This document shows positions 1-9,224 of a DNA stretch of 42,141 nucleotides, one piece after another. This DNA comes from Nitrosopumilus sp. (GTDB lineage Archaea; Thermoproteota; Nitrososphaeria; Nitrososphaerales; Nitrosopumilaceae). The stretch covers positions 1-42,141 of the forward strand of contig JBHITY010000001.1 of NCBI GenBank assembly GCA_042138585.1. Direction: 5' to 3'. Every line of letters starts with the position of its first letter. Within the stretch, counting starts at the first letter, position 1. Both the position numbers and the translations under genes were made by a program. The notes under the pieces are model-generated. The model did no database searches, was not told the origin of the DNA, and saw only the letters and a program-made list of their open reading frames with translations.

Positions 1-366
1 TGGGAAGATAAGGAATTTGTAGTAGAAATCATTAGTAACTCAAATGTTAATGGGTTTGTTTTTGATCAACCATCAAAAAGCATTACATTTGATGTTTCAG
101 AAGAAAATAGATTTGTAAATACAATAATTCCATTAGAGTTACTATGGGGACCATATTCAGTTTTCTTAGATGATGAAAAAATTCTATTTCAAGAATATTT
201 TAACAATGGGACACATGTTTGGGTAACTATGGTTCCAAAAACATCAGGAGAAATTATGATCATAGGAACAACAGTAGTGCCTGAATTTTCAATGATGATA
301 CCATTAATCATGGGATTTTTGGTAATTCTTGCCTTGCCTTTTATGAAAAAATTTAATCTCCGCTAG
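1..366 (+). CDS. 5'-truncated PEFG-CTERM/PEF-CTERM sorting-domain surface protein
   Basis: Not in ORF track. Frame 1 is open from base 1 to TAG at 364-366 and ends ...IIGTTVVPEFSMMIPLIMGFLVILALPFMKKFNLR*: PEF motif, transmembrane helix, basic tail. Confidence 0.85.
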   Translation, partial: WEDKEFVVEIISNSNVNGFVFDQPSKSITFDVSEENRFVNTIIPLELLWGPYSVFLDDEKILFQEYFNNGTHVWVTMVPKTSGEIMIIGTTVVPEFSMMIPLIMGFLVILALPFMKKFNLR

Positions 367-508
367 AACCACAAGAACAGAATCCATACTCATCTATTCT
401 AACATCACAAACAGGGCATTTTTCACCATAGTCTACTTCCCATGGTTCTTTTCCAAATAATCTAAAATGATCATCAATCTCAATTGGAATTTCTCGTTTC
501 TTTTCCAA
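353..508 (-). CDS. 51-aa Cys-rich microprotein, putative zinc binder
   Basis: Not in ORF track. TTG start at 508, MEKKREIPIEIDDHFRLFGKEPWEVDYGEKCPVCDVRIDEYGFCSCGSSGD*; CPxC...CxC; fills the intergenic gap. Confidence 0.75.
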   Translation of the reverse strand: MEKKREIPIEIDDHFRLFGKEPWEVDYGEKCPVCDVRIDEYGFCSCGSSGD

Positions 509-556
509 TAATTTGTATAGGTGCTGCAACTATACATACATTATCGGAGTAAAATA

Positions 557-745
557 ATGAAAATTGAATGTGGATGTCATTGTATTAAATGTAAGAGTAC
601 GAATCTAGAGTCAAATAGAATTGGAGAGACAGAAAAAGACGGGTATTTTGACATGCATCACACATGCAATGAATGTAACACACATTTTGATCATTTAGAT
701 GGAGAGACTTTTTCTAGTTGTGAAAAATGTAATTTTTCTAGTTAG
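557..745 (+). CDS. 62-aa Cys/His-rich zinc-ribbon-like protein
   Basis: ATG at 557 preferred over GTG at 521; MKIECGCHCIKC...HHTCNECNTHFDH...CEKC contains three CxxC pairs. Confidence 0.75.
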   Translation: MKIECGCHCIKCKSTNLESNRIGETEKDGYFDMHHTCNECNTHFDHLDGETFSSCEKCNFSS

Positions 746-1214
746 CCAATAAGGCTTCTTCAACAAAGTAGTGAGTTCTGTTCTCACTAGAATTTTTCAA
801 CATCTCTTTGTTTGATGCCATTTTTGCTAATACCTTTGATACGTCTAGAGGACTGGCAGCCCAACCGTATTCTCGTAATTGTTCAACAGTTTCTGTAACT
901 GTCCTAGGTGAATCAAAGAATCTACTAGTTTCTAAAATACGTAATTTTGATTTTACTTCATTTGGAGCAATGTATGTTGGTTCATTAAATTCTGGTTCAA
1001 AAATTTCTGCATCATCAAGGGATTCCAATCCGGATTGGGTAGGAATTTGAGAAGTTGCAACTGGTTCGGTTTCATAAACCACTTTAGCATGATTTTCAGG
1101 TAAATGACTTGATATGTTTTCAATAATTTCTCCTAATGTTTGATTATCAACATAGAAATCTCTAGAATCTACCTCAATTTCATTCTCGCCTAACTTGAGT
1201 TTTATTCTAGCCAT
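738..1214 (-). CDS. hypothetical protein, possible C-terminal winged-helix domain
   Basis: 158 aa; N-terminal beta-hairpin-like RIKLKLGENEIEVD, acidic linker, C-terminal FFDSPRTVTETVEQLREYGW...VSKVLAKM...RTHYF resembling wHTH. Confidence 0.65.
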   Translation of the reverse strand: MARIKLKLGENEIEVDSRDFYVDNQTLGEIIENISSHLPENHAKVVYETEPVATSQIPTQSGLESLDDAEIFEPEFNEPTYIAPNEVKSKLRILETSRFFDSPRTVTETVEQLREYGWAASPLDVSKVLAKMASNKEMLKNSSENRTHYFVEEALLAN

Positions 1215-1344
1215 AAGGAATAATCATGGAATTTTGATTTATTTTGTTAGCTCTAATGAGCTTTAAGAGTAGATCAAATCTTTTACACAATTTATTGGGA
1301 TTTTTTCCCTTTTGTGTTAAAATGTAATTTTCTTAAAATCAATC

Positions 1345-1794
1345 ATGAATTCATCAAAGAAGGGAGGATTGGTTATTCTCTTCATTCTAGGAATGAGTAT
1401 TTTTGGATATTCACAATATGCTTCAGCATCACAGATAGGCGTAAGCATAACTCAAAGTGAATTATTAAATGAGAATGAAAAAGGATCTGAATACAACATA
1501 GAATTACAATTTGAAAATCCATCATTACTAATGCTAACTTCAGGCACAACTGAATTCTTTGTTATTGCCGATGAACAGATGATGGGTAAAGGTCAGTTAG
1601 AGCCATTCACATTACAGCCTCTAGATAGTACACTTGTAAAAGGAACTTTTCATACTGATTCAGATGATAATAATACTCAATCAGTAAAAATTACAGGTGT
1701 AACAAAATATGATGTATTCTTTACATCTATTGAAATTCCATTTGTATACTATCCAACAGAAGAGCAAGCAAGAGAATTTATACATCAAAATTAA
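1345..1794 (+). CDS. membrane-anchored exported protein (LEA-2/WHy-like beta fold suspected)
   Basis: N-terminal basic residues plus hydrophobic helix; IELQFENPS motif and beta-rich pattern. Confidence 0.55.
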   Translation: MNSSKKGGLVILFILGMSIFGYSQYASASQIGVSITQSELLNENEKGSEYNIELQFENPSLLMLTSGTTEFFVIADEQMMGKGQLEPFTLQPLDSTLVKGTFHTDSDDNNTQSVKITGVTKYDVFFTSIEIPFVYYPTEEQAREFIHQN

Positions 1795-1805
1795 TTTCTT
1801 GACAA

Positions 1806-2699
1806 ATGCTTACTGTTTTTGGTTCAACTGCATTAGATACAATTCGAACTCCTAAAAAAACACTAAAGAATGTTTTAGGAGGTGCTGCAACATTTGCTGC
1901 AATTTCTGCAAGTAATTTTGTAGATACTGGATTAATTGCAGTTGTAGGAAAAGATTTTCCAAAACAACATCACAAAACACTATCAAAATATCTTGATTTA
2001 GAAGGATTCTCCATCAAAAATGGAAAGACATTTCGTTATGATGGAAAATATGATGATACATTAAGCACTAGATCAACACTAAAGACAGAACTAAATGTTC
2101 TAGCAGATTTCAAACCTACAGTACCAGAAGCATATAGGAAATCTCAATTCGTGTATTTAGCAAATAATGATCCAGAGCAAAATTCTGCACTAATCAAAGA
2201 ATTTGACAAAGTAAAATTTTCAATGTGTGACACTATTGATTTTTGGATATCTACGAAAAGAGATGCTGTAATCAAGATGATTAAAGCTGTAGATGCAGTT
2301 GTGATTAATGATGAAGAAGCTAAACTTCTGACTAAAGAATTCAACTTGATAAAATGTGCAAAGAAGATGATGCAGTGGGGAGCAAAATATGTAATTATTA
2401 AAAAAGGAGAACATGGTTCACTCATGTTTTATGATGATGTAATATTTCCAACTGCAGGATTTTCATTAGAAGATGTAGTAGATCCTACAGGTGCTGGAGA
2501 CTCTTTTGCAGGCGCCATGATAGGTTATCTAGCAAGTAAAAATTCAACTAGTCTTTCTGAGATCAAAAAAGCAGTAGTATACGGTAATGTTTTAGGTTCA
2601 TTTGCAGTTGAAAGATATGGATTAGATGGTCTGTTGAAGATCAAAAATGGGGACATTACAAAAAGAGTCAAGATGTATGAAAAAATGATTAGATTCTAA
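1806..2699 (+). CDS. PfkB/ribokinase-family sugar or nucleoside kinase
   Basis: N-terminal GGAA motif, NDEEA, KKGEHG and the signature VDPTGAGDSFAG. Confidence 0.92.
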   Translation: MLTVFGSTALDTIRTPKKTLKNVLGGAATFAAISASNFVDTGLIAVVGKDFPKQHHKTLSKYLDLEGFSIKNGKTFRYDGKYDDTLSTRSTLKTELNVLADFKPTVPEAYRKSQFVYLANNDPEQNSALIKEFDKVKFSMCDTIDFWISTKRDAVIKMIKAVDAVVINDEEAKLLTKEFNLIKCAKKMMQWGAKYVIIKKGEHGSLMFYDDVIFPTAGFSLEDVVDPTGAGDSFAGAMIGYLASKNSTSLSEIKKAVVYGNVLGSFAVERYGLDGLLKIKNGDITKRVKMYEKMIRF

Positions 2700-2738
2700 A
2701 AAGACTTAAGTTCAATAATTTCTCAAATTAATTTATCA

Positions 2739-3086
2739 TTGTCACAAGAAGTAACTGAAGACAGATTAGATACTATTTTCCAGCTTCAAAAAGGATTATC
2801 AGAAATGATGAAACTTGATAGGTATCCAAAAGACGCTGAAGGTAGAGTGTCTGCATTATCTACTGCAATAATGCATGAAGCAGTGGAGCTGCAAAGAACT
2901 ACTAATTGGAAATGGTGGAAAACGCCAACAAAATTCAATGAAGATGAAGCAAGAGAAGAATTAATCGATATTTGGCATTTTGTAGTTCAGGCATCACTTG
3001 AATTAAACCTCACACCTGATGATATTGTAGCTGAATACAAAAAGAAAAATGAGATCAACAGAGAGAGACAAAGAAACGGCTACTAA
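2739..3086 (+). CDS. dimeric all-alpha dUTPase (dUTPase_2/MazG-like)
   Basis: HEAVEL, WKWWK and REELIDIWHF motifs. Confidence 0.85.
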   Translation: MSQEVTEDRLDTIFQLQKGLSEMMKLDRYPKDAEGRVSALSTAIMHEAVELQRTTNWKWWKTPTKFNEDEAREELIDIWHFVVQASLELNLTPDDIVAEYKKKNEINRERQRNGY

Positions 3087-3559
3087 GGAATCTTAATTTT
3101 TTCAGAAATTATTTCAAGATTAGTTTCGCCAATTAAATCAATGATTGTGATATTGTTTTGAAAATATTCTATCATATCTTTAGAAACTGTAAGATAAGGA
3201 TCAGGACTAACAGAATTAATTATTCGGAAATTTTTATCAATTCCATTCTTGTGTAATTGTAATAACGAATGACCGGATTTATGGCCCCAAACTTCTTTTC
3301 CACATAGAATTATTTTTTTTATTTTCTTATTTTCATTAACATATTGTATCATACTATCAATTCCTTTATTCTCTGTAAACAATCTACCAATAATTGCCAC
3401 TTTGGTCAAGATTCCAGAATCCTTCAAATCATCAAGTAATGATATGCTTGCAAGCGTGCAGATTGCAATTTCTGAGTCAGGATTTCCAGGGTAAAACTCC
3501 TGCTTTATTGGGAGAACGACCTTACATATTTCGCCAATGATGTTTCCAAGGCTATTCAT
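3083..3559 (-). CDS. MtrA-like corrinoid-binding protein (soluble, no membrane anchor)
   Basis: GNPDSEIAICTLAS, TENKGI, ILCGKEVWGHKSGHSL, LHKNGID and IDLIGETN match the MtrA family. Confidence 0.85.
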   Translation of the reverse strand: MNSLGNIIGEICKVVLPIKQEFYPGNPDSEIAICTLASISLLDDLKDSGILTKVAIIGRLFTENKGIDSMIQYVNENKKIKKIILCGKEVWGHKSGHSLLQLHKNGIDKNFRIINSVSPDPYLTVSKDMIEYFQNNITIIDLIGETNLEIISEKIKIP

Positions 3560-4640
3560 TTACTAAATCACGCACAGTTTTTGCAATAAATTCAACATTT
3601 TTTGTAGATACATTTGGATGAACAGGTAAGGACAAAACATGTTTTGATGCCCAATCAGTATTACTTAATTTTGATTTTATTTTGTAAATAGGGATTTTGT
3701 GAACAGGGATTGGATAATAAACTGCAGCACCGATACCTTTTGAGTTGAGTTTCTTTAAAATTGAATCTCTATTTTTTGTTGCAATAGTGTATAATGACCA
3801 ATTAAATTTTTCATTTTTTCCTTCAAAAGGAATTTTTATTTTTGTATCAGATAGTAAATCAGATAATAGTTTTGCATTTCGTCTTCTAGACTGAATAAAT
3901 TTTGGTAATTTTTTAATTTGGATTTTAGCTATAGCAGCATTAATTTCAGGTAGTCTTAGATTTAATCCAAATATTTTGGAGTCATATCCTTTAATCATGC
4001 CATGGTTTCTAATCATCTGTAATTTTTCATGGAGGTTTCTATTGTTAGTAACTATCACTCCACCCTCTCCAGAAGTTATTACTTTTCCTGGATAGAGACT
4101 ATAACATCCAAGTTCAAAAAATGTTCCAGTATGTTTTCCTTTAAAAGTTGAGCCAAGTGATTGTGCAGCATCTTCAACTACTGAAAGATTATGCTTTCTT
4201 GCAATTTCTTTAATTCTATCAAGTGATGATATATGACCATACAGATGTACAGGCATTATTGCTCTGGTTTTTCTAGTAATCTTTTTTGTAATTGATTCAG
4301 GATCAATTGTAAAATTTTCTTTTAAGATATCTGCAAAAACAGGTTTAGCACCAGTAGATGCAATTGCATTTGCACTAGCAACAAATGTAAAAGAAGGAAC
4401 AATAACTTCGTCTCCCTTTTTGATATCAAGTGCATATAGTGCTGCTTGTAAAGCAGCAGTACCAGAATTTACTGAAACAGCGTACTTTGTTTTGGTAAAA
4501 GTTTTAACTAATTTTTCAAATTCCTGTACATTCTTCCCTCCATCTTTAGAGGCTGAAGTAAGCCCTCCTGATTTTACTACTGAGACTACGGCTGAGAGTT
4601 CTTCTTTGCCTAAAATAGGCGTGTTAATTGGAATTTTCAC
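3552..4640 (-). CDS. DegT/DnrJ/EryC1/StrS-family PLP sugar aminotransferase
   Basis: VNSGTAAL, VPSFTFVASANA, PVHLYG, EDAAQS, SLYPGKVITSGEGG. Start probably GTG at 4640 (MKIPINTP) rather than 4685. Confidence 0.92.
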   Translation of the reverse strand: MKIPINTPILGKEELSAVVSVVKSGGLTSASKDGGKNVQEFEKLVKTFTKTKYAVSVNSGTAALQAALYALDIKKGDEVIVPSFTFVASANAIASTGAKPVFADILKENFTIDPESITKKITRKTRAIMPVHLYGHISSLDRIKEIARKHNLSVVEDAAQSLGSTFKGKHTGTFFELGCYSLYPGKVITSGEGGVIVTNNRNLHEKLQMIRNHGMIKGYDSKIFGLNLRLPEINAAIAKIQIKKLPKFIQSRRRNAKLLSDLLSDTKIKIPFEGKNEKFNWSLYTIATKNRDSILKKLNSKGIGAAVYYPIPVHKIPIYKIKSKLSNTDWASKHVLSLPVHPNVSTKNVEFIAKTVRDLVNE

Positions 4641-4705
4641 AAATTTTGTCCTTAGTACTACTGTATAAACACAATTACTACGCATGAATTTTTATATTTC
4701 AAAAT

Positions 4706-5293
4706 TTGGCAATCGGCATAATGAAACCACGTCATTTAGAAAAGACAGACAAAGGATACAAAGTTTTTCTGTATATTTTCTATATTTGTGGATTCATTAT
4801 GAGTTCATCACTAATCTTTGGAGTGTATGTTACAATGATTGAGTGGATGGAAAATGGAACATATGTGATGGGAGAAGCCATACACAATACAACTATTCCA
4901 TTTGAAAATTTTGCAAGAGTATCAACATGGATATTTTTTTCTACAATAATTGGTTGGTATTGTGTATCTAGAATAGGTTGGAGAAGAACTGCAGGAAATA
5001 AAATTGTTGGAACAAGAATGGCATTACTACAGTTAATGTTATTAGGCTTTTCAATCATAACTTTGTTTGAAGTGATGTACAACTTTTCAGTATTAACTGC
5101 TCAAATTTCTGCAGGAATTATTGATGGTGTACTGCCAGATATTGATAGATTATCGATTGCATATCCCGATCCAGATCGGCCTTGGAATACAATTTTTGCA
5201 ATCAAAATGTTTCTAGCAGCATTCATCATTAGCACTCATGCATTCTATCTTAGTACAAAACCTAGAAAACCACTAGATAAACCAGAAGTTTGA
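4706..5293 (+). CDS. integral membrane protein of unknown function (about 4 TM)
   Basis: Four hydrophobic segments in 195 aa; start could be ATG at 4721. Confidence 0.7.
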   Translation: MAIGIMKPRHLEKTDKGYKVFLYIFYICGFIMSSSLIFGVYVTMIEWMENGTYVMGEAIHNTTIPFENFARVSTWIFFSTIIGWYCVSRIGWRRTAGNKIVGTRMALLQLMLLGFSIITLFEVMYNFSVLTAQISAGIIDGVLPDIDRLSIAYPDPDRPWNTIFAIKMFLAAFIISTHAFYLSTKPRKPLDKPEV

Positions 5294-5339
5294 TAATTGA
5301 AATTTTAAGACTTTTCTTCTAGTATGATTAAATAATATC

Positions 5340-5528
5340 ATGGGATTGTTTGGTGGAAATAAAAATGAATTAAAGTGCAAAAAGTGTGGAACTATCCTTT
5401 CAGATTCAGAGAGATTAAAGAAACATCAAGAAATAGCTCATAACAAGAAAAAGGAAAAATGCAGAGTTTGTGGAACAGAATTTAACACTCAAGAAGATTT
5501 AAGAAAACACAAGAAAAATTGTAAATAG
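5340..5528 (+). CDS. small C2H2-type zinc-finger protein (two fingers)
   Basis: CKKC-x12-HQEIAH and CRVC-x12-HKKNC. Confidence 0.85.
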   Translation: MGLFGGNKNELKCKKCGTILSDSERLKKHQEIAHNKKKEKCRVCGTEFNTQEDLRKHKKNCK

Positions 5529-5536
5529 GTTTTTTG

Positions 5537-5746
5537 TTATTCAGAAAGTCCTGATTCATACTTTGGAGGTCGTTTTAGGGCTTTTTCTATGGCTTCTAAA
5601 TTTTTTATCTCATTTTTTGAATTCATAGTCAGAGTTTTGACCATTTCTGTGCCTAGTTGAACAGATTGTTCAGGTAATGTCTCTAAGAATTTTTCAATAC
5701 CTTTTTTGTAATTTTCAATTAAGTCTAGTCCTTCTTCAAGAGTCAT
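5537..5746 (-). CDS. small helical hypothetical protein
   Basis: 69-aa ATG ORF filling the gap; helical-hairpin-like amphipathic pattern. Confidence 0.65.
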   Translation of the reverse strand: MTLEEGLDLIENYKKGIEKFLETLPEQSVQLGTEMVKTLTMNSKNEIKNLEAIEKALKRPPKYESGLSE

Positions 5747-5840
5747 GATAGTAATTGAGTTATCCTCTATTCAAAGGTTCTAATTTTCCAAAAATTCTTT
5801 GAATAACTTTATACGTTTACCACTCAAAAGTTGATTTGAT

Positions 5841-6887
5841 TTGGACATAACTGAAAAAGTTGATTTGATTGAAAGACCACCAACTGAGGAAGTTGTTACA
5901 CGTGATGAATTAATTGAATTGTTCAAAACAAATTCTTCTCCAAAACATTACATTGGACTAGAGATTTCTGGTTTTTTACATCTTGGAAGTTTAATCAGTA
6001 CAGGATTCAAGATTAATGATTTTGCAAAAGCTGGTGTAAAGTGTACAATTTTTCTTGCAGATTGGCACACGCTAATTAATGATAAATTAGGAGGTAATTG
6101 GGAAACAATTTCTAAGGTTTCAAAATATTATCAAGATGCTTTCAAACTAGTTTGCCCTGATGCTGAAATCATTTTAGGTTCAAAACTTTATGAAGAAAAA
6201 ACAGAATATTGGTCAGAACTTGTGAAATTTACAAAGCACATGTCATTAGCTAGAACAATGAGAACTCTAACAATAATGGGACGTTCTGAAAATGAAGAGA
6301 AGATAGATGTTGCTAAATTACTTTATCCTGCAATGCAAGCAGTTGACATTCATTCTTTGGAGGTTGATATTGCACATGCAGGAATGGACCAAAGAAAAAT
6401 CCACATGCTAGTCAGAGAAATATTTCCTAAAATGAAATGGAAAGTACCAGTTGCAGTACATCATAAATTGTTGCCAGGTCTATCCAAGCCTGCAGATACC
6501 AGTGACTCACAAATTTTAGGAAAAATGAGCAAATCTGATCCAAATTCAGGTGTCTTTATTCACAATACTGATGAAGAAATTAAGAAAAAGATGAACAAAG
6601 CCTGGTGTGAAGAGGCAAACATACAGAATAATCCACTATTAGAAATTGCAAAGACGGTGATTTTCCATGAATTTGATGAGATGAGTGTGGAAAGACCTGA
6701 GAAATTTGGTGGAAATGTATCATATCAAGATTATAATCAACTTGAATCGGATTTTGCTGAAAAAAAGTTACATCCAGGAGATTTGAAGCAAACAGTTGGG
6801 AATTATTTGGTGAAAATAGTATCTCCAATTAGAGACAAGCTTAATCTTACTGAGGAGTTACATGAGGCAATCAAGAAAAGTTACTGA
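5841..6887 (+). CDS. tyrS: tyrosine--tRNA ligase (archaeal type)
   Basis: HYIGLEISGFLHLGS (HIGH-like), YPAMQAVDI, AGMDQRKIH, KMSKS. Confidence 0.96.
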   Translation: MDITEKVDLIERPPTEEVVTRDELIELFKTNSSPKHYIGLEISGFLHLGSLISTGFKINDFAKAGVKCTIFLADWHTLINDKLGGNWETISKVSKYYQDAFKLVCPDAEIILGSKLYEEKTEYWSELVKFTKHMSLARTMRTLTIMGRSENEEKIDVAKLLYPAMQAVDIHSLEVDIAHAGMDQRKIHMLVREIFPKMKWKVPVAVHHKLLPGLSKPADTSDSQILGKMSKSDPNSGVFIHNTDEEIKKKMNKAWCEEANIQNNPLLEIAKTVIFHEFDEMSVERPEKFGGNVSYQDYNQLESDFAEKKLHPGDLKQTVGNYLVKIVSPIRDKLNLTEELHEAIKKSY

Positions 6888-7678
6888 ACTTTAAGATCTG
6901 GATTAGTTTGTTCTTCTAAATTGTATTTTGATTTGTATCCTCTTGGATTTATCATCAGATCTTTGTAAGAATATGTAGATGAATTTCCCACAATTACTGT
7001 ACTAGTCATTCCTAATTTGTCTGAATGGTTTGGTAGATTTTCTAAATCAGTCATTACAATTGTTTGAGCTTCTCTATATGCACCAACAATAATTGCAACA
7101 GGTGTTGTGGGTTTTCTGTATTTTAATAGAATTTTTCTAGTATCTTGTAACTGATGAACTCTTTTCTTACTGGCGGGATTGTAAATTACAAGAACAAAAT
7201 CGCCTTTTGCTGCGGACTCTACTCTGTTTTCAATAACTTCCCATGGAACTAACAAATCACTCATACTTACAACTGCAAAATCAGACATTAATGGTGAGCC
7301 AATAATGGATGCACATGAATTCAGTGCAGACACACCTGGAACTATTTCTACTTGAAGTCCATCTTTTGGATCCCAACCACTCTCAGCTAGAGTTTCATAG
7401 ATTAGTCCAGCCATTCCATAGATTCCGGGATCTCCACTAGATACAAGAGATACGATTTTTCCTGACTTTGCAAGATCAATACATTGATGAGCTCTTTCAA
7501 CTTCTTGAGTCATTGCATAACGATAAACTGTTTTTCCTTCAATAAGATCTGAAACTAAATTTACATATGTTTCATAACCAATAATGATATCACTTTCACT
7601 GATTACTTTTTTTGCTCTAAATGTCATATGATCATTATTTCCAGGACCAACACCAACAATGTTCAATTTTCCGGTCAA
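6881..7678 (-). CDS. cobJ: precorrin-3B C17-methyltransferase (CobJ/CbiH)
   Basis: VGVGPG, VSSGDPGIYGMA, VPGVSA, SMSDLLVPW, IYNPAS, NPRGY. Confidence 0.95.
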   Translation of the reverse strand: MTGKLNIVGVGPGNNDHMTFRAKKVISESDIIIGYETYVNLVSDLIEGKTVYRYAMTQEVERAHQCIDLAKSGKIVSLVSSGDPGIYGMAGLIYETLAESGWDPKDGLQVEIVPGVSALNSCASIIGSPLMSDFAVVSMSDLLVPWEVIENRVESAAKGDFVLVIYNPASKKRVHQLQDTRKILLKYRKPTTPVAIIVGAYREAQTIVMTDLENLPNHSDKLGMTSTVIVGNSSTYSYKDLMINPRGYKSKYNLEEQTNPDLKVQ

Positions 7679-7722
7679 TTTTAAAACAAATCTGCTTGCA
7701 AGTAATTTATCCCTTTAGTGAA

Positions 7723-9189
7723 TTATTGAAAAGGATCAATAAATGGACAATTTACTATATGTTCACTATTCGTTGGTCTTGCTATGCTGACAGTAATCTG
7801 ATCATCTGCTCTAAATGAATCAATATCAGATTTTGTTTCTAGAATTTTTGCATTTTCTGAATCATTCCATTCAATTAGATATATTCTCCACATAGGACTG
7901 TAATTTTCATCACCTAATGCAGCTGCTGCAATTCCAGCTTGAAATCCTAATGGACCTGTGCCTTTAATTCCATTTTTGAACTGGAAGAGATCAACTGCTC
8001 CCGAATGAGCAATCAAATTTGCTGAAGTTGGAGACGAAGTTACTCCCATCATTTCAGCAGGTCCAGACGGAGTAGCATCAGTTACAATATAGTAAATTGT
8101 TCTTCCATCAGGGCCCCAACCTCTATGAGCGACAAATGTGACAGTCATTTCTTCTTCATTAATTTCAGTAATTTGGCCTCCTCCATAGGGCATATCATCT
8201 GTGATTTCATTATCTGAGCGTAATTGCATCTGTCCATCAGGCCAGACAATGTGCGGAGTATTGAGTACAACTCCAGTTTCATTGAATTCAATTCTTCCAC
8301 CTTCCTCAGCTGCAATTACATCTGTAGCAGATTCAAATACAATTTCTTTTTGACCTGTCTTCCATGTTACTTCTATTACAGAAGATAATGCACTGTATTG
8401 TGATTCTTGTTGAGGAGTACTGCTGAATACTTCATCTTGGAATCCATACAGTCCATCTCCTTTAACTCCATTTTTGAAAACAAATATTTTTTGAAGAGTG
8501 TCTTCTGGAACATCAGCCAGAACAGTTGCAAGTTCTACATTCCATTCTTGCTTTTCTGATAATTCCTTTGCATATTCTTCATCACTTCCATCAGTAATAA
8601 TATACAAAACTTGTTCACCGGCATAGATTCCTTTATGCATTGGAATTGTGGCTGGAACATTTGCCCTTGAAAGTAATGATGTTGGTTCTTCTTTTTCTAA
8701 TTCAATTTTTTGCATAATGATTTCAGTTGGTTGTCCTCTTATCCATCCATCAACACTTACAGTAGAAGTAAATGGTTCTGAATTTGGTGAGTGCAAACCA
8801 AGTGCAGCTCCTGTAAATTCAAAAGAACCAGATTTTTCTTGTAGATCAATTAGAGATAATCCATAAACAGTATCTCCATCAATTGTCCATGTAGGCTGTC
8901 CTTTTGCGTCATTTGAGTTAATTTCATGTAAAACAACAATCTGAACAGGTTCACTAGAGGTAAATGTCATAGAACCATCATAGATTGTACCCTCATTAGG
9001 CGACAAAATTAGAGATAATTGATGATTTTCATGCCCTTGACCAGGATCTTGAGAGGAAGTAAAGGTCTGTGTAAAGTGGATCTTTTTTCTAGAACCTGCA
9101 TCAGCAAATTGATCAGACAATGAGGATATTGTAATGATACTTGTTGCAAAAATTCCAATAATCAATATGGCAAGTAATTTTCTCAACAA
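7723..9189 (-). CDS. exported acidic protein with two tandem homologous domains
   Basis: Signal/anchor helix; duplicated blocks YIITD..FKNGVKGDGLYGFQ..YSAL and YIVTD..FKNGIKGTGPLGFQ..YSPMW. Confidence 0.8.
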   Translation of the reverse strand: MLRKLLAILIIGIFATSIITISSLSDQFADAGSRKKIHFTQTFTSSQDPGQGHENHQLSLILSPNEGTIYDGSMTFTSSEPVQIVVLHEINSNDAKGQPTWTIDGDTVYGLSLIDLQEKSGSFEFTGAALGLHSPNSEPFTSTVSVDGWIRGQPTEIIMQKIELEKEEPTSLLSRANVPATIPMHKGIYAGEQVLYIITDGSDEEYAKELSEKQEWNVELATVLADVPEDTLQKIFVFKNGVKGDGLYGFQDEVFSSTPQQESQYSALSSVIEVTWKTGQKEIVFESATDVIAAEEGGRIEFNETGVVLNTPHIVWPDGQMQLRSDNEITDDMPYGGGQITEINEEEMTVTFVAHRGWGPDGRTIYYIVTDATPSGPAEMMGVTSSPTSANLIAHSGAVDLFQFKNGIKGTGPLGFQAGIAAAALGDENYSPMWRIYLIEWNDSENAKILETKSDIDSFRADDQITVSIARPTNSEHIVNCPFIDPFQ

Positions 9190-9224
9190 GTTTCATTGAG
9201 GCTATTCCCTTAAATGATTTTATC

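Noticed and set aside
521-556. Extended N-terminus of the Cys-rich ORF (likewise 4641-4685 for the DegT gene)
   Set aside because: The extensions would occupy the divergent promoter space; downstream starts give better family-typical N-termini.
3083-3559. MtrA as evidence of methanogenesis
   Set aside because: No other mtr or mcr genes and no membrane anchor; the context is thaumarchaeal.
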